Below are positions 61,855-64,000 of a stretch of DNA of 64,000 nt, one piece after another. The notes under the pieces were generated by a model. It saw only the letters and a program-made list of their open reading frames with translations, was not told the DNA's origin and made no database searches. This DNA comes from Mobula hypostoma. Lineage: Eukaryota. Within the stretch, counting starts at the first letter, position 1. Every line of letters begins with the position of its first letter. The DNA lies in assembly GCF_963921235.1 (NCBI RefSeq), contig NC_086107.1, positions 115,508,001 through 115,572,000 of the forward strand. Direction: 5' to 3'. The position numbers were made by a program, and so were the translations under genes.

Positions 61855-64000
61855 TCTCCGTCTCCGTCACCCCCTTCCTCCCCAACACCCCTCCCCATCT
61901 CCGTCACCCACCCTCACCAACGCCCCCCGTCTCCATCACCCTCTTCCTCTCCTATACCCCTCCCCGTCTCTGTCACCCACCCTCACCAACGCCCCCCGTC
62001 TCCATCACCCTCTTCCTCCCCTATACCCCTCCCCGTCTCTGTCACCCACCCTCCCCAACACCCCCCCATCTCCATCACCCTCTTCCTCCCCTATACCCCT
62101 CCCCATGCCTGTCACCCACCCTCCCCAATGCCCCCCGTCTCCGTCACCCACCCTCCCCAACACCCCCCATCTCCATTACCCCCTTTCTCCCCAACACCCC
62201 TCCACGTCTCCGTCACCCACCCTCACCAACACCCCCCGTATCCGTCACCCCCTTCCTCCCCTATACCCCTCCCCGTCTCCGTCACCCACCCTCACCAACG
62301 GCCCCCCCCGTCTCCATCACCCTCTTCCTCCCCAACAACCCCCCCGTCTCCGTCACTCACCCTCCCCAACACCCCCCATCTCCATCACCCCCTTCCTCCC
62401 CAACACCCCTCCACGTCTCCGTCACCCACCCTCACCAACGCCCCCCGTATCCGTCACCCCCTTCCTCCCCTATACCCCTCCCCGTCTCCGTCACCCACCC
62501 TCACCAACACCCACCCGTCTCCATCACCCTCTTCCTCCCCAACACCCACCCCGTCTCCGTCACCCACCCTCCCCAACACCTCCCCCGTCTCCATCACCCT
62601 CTTCCTCCCCTATACCCCTCCCCGTCTCCGTCACCCACCCTCACCAACACCCACCCGTCTCCATCACCCTCTTCCTCCCCAACACCCACCCCGTCTCCGT
62701 CACCCACCCTCCCCAACACCTCCCCCGTCTCCATCACCCTCTTCCTCACCTATACCCCTCCCCGTCTCCATCACCCACCCTCCCCAACACCCCCCGTCTC
62801 CATCACCCTCTTCCTCCCCAACACCCACCCCGTCTCCGTCACCCACCCTCCCCAACACCTCCCCGTCTCCGTCACCCACCCTCCCCAACACCCCCCCATC
62901 TCCGTCACCCCCTTCCTCCCCTATACCCCTCCACGTCTCCGTCACCCACCCTCCCCAATGCCCCCCCGTCTCCGTCACCCACCCTCCCCAACGCCCCCCG
63001 TATCCGTCACCCCCTTCCTCCCCTATACCCCTCCCCGTCTCCGTCACCCACCCTCACCAACGGCCCCTGTCTCCGTCACCCCCTTCCTCACCTATACCCC
63101 TCCCCGTCTCCGTCACCCACCCTCCCCAACACCCCCCCGTCTCCATCACCCTCTTCCTCCCCAACACCCCCTCCGTCTCCGTCACCCACCCTCCCCAACA
63201 CCTCCCCATCTCTGTCACCCCCTTCCTCCCCGATACCCCTCCACGTCTCCGTCACCCACCTTCATCAACGGCCCCCGTCTCCGTCACCCCCTTCCTCCAC
63301 TATACCCCTCCCCGTCTCCATCACCCACCCTCCCCAACACCCCCCCATCTCCGTCACCTACCCTCCCCAACACCCCCCGTCTCATTCACCCTCTTCCTCC
63401 CTTATACCCCTCCCCGTTTCCGTCACCCACCCTCCCCAACACCCCCCTCCGTCTCCGTCACCCACCCTCCCCAACAACTCCCTCCGTCTCCGTCACCTTC
63501 TTCCTCCCATATACCCCTCCCCGTCTCTGTCACCCACCCTCCCCAACACTCCCCCGTCTCCGTCACCCTCTTCCTCCCCAACACCCCTCGCCGTCTCCGT
63601 CACCCACCCTCCCCAACACCCCCCTATCTCTGTCACCCACCCTCCCCAACACCCCCCCGTCTCCGTCACCCTCTTCCTCCCCTATACCCCTCCCTGTCTC
63701 CGTCACCCACCCTCCCCAACACCCCCCCTCTCCGTCACCCTCTTCCTCCCCAACACCCCTCCCCGTCTCAGTCACCCACCCTCCCCAAAACCCCCCGTCT
63801 CCGTCACCCTCTTCCTCCCCTATACCCCTCCCCATCTCTGTCACCCACCCTCCCCAACACCCCCGTCTCCCTCACCCACCCTCCCCAACACCCCCCGTCT
63901 CCGTCACCCACCCTCCCCAACACCCCCCCGTCTCCGTCACCCTCTTCCTCTCCAACACCCCTCCCCGTCTCCGTCACCCACCCTCCCCAACACCCCCCGT
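61855..64000. repeat. C-rich minisatellite, ~32-34-bp alternating subunits (CCCCGTCTCCGTCACCCACCCTCCCCAACA and ...CACCCTCTTCCTCCCCTATA)
   Basis: Continuous to the window end. Confidence 0.93.

Overview
Vertebrate genomic window, probably from a cartilaginous fish (inferred from the V-SINE and CR1 repeat families). The first 32 kb are two large tandem satellite arrays separated by a 200-N assembly gap. They are followed by the last six coding exons of a SERCA1-type Ca2+-ATPase gene (atp2a1, + strand, 32077-42278; poly(A) signal at 43520), with introns full of minisatellites and LINE fragments. Next is a multi-level nest of retroelements (46.9-54.5 kb) that includes short Penelope-like inserts carrying a minimal hammerhead-ribozyme motif. 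Starting at 56706 is a spliced Ig-superfamily gene (leader, Ig, short spacer, Ig) whose sequence motifs, exon layout and position just downstream of atp2a1 point to a candidate CD19 orthologue; its transmembrane and cytoplasmic exons are not in the window. The very long ORFs in the track are artefacts of stop-free repeats.
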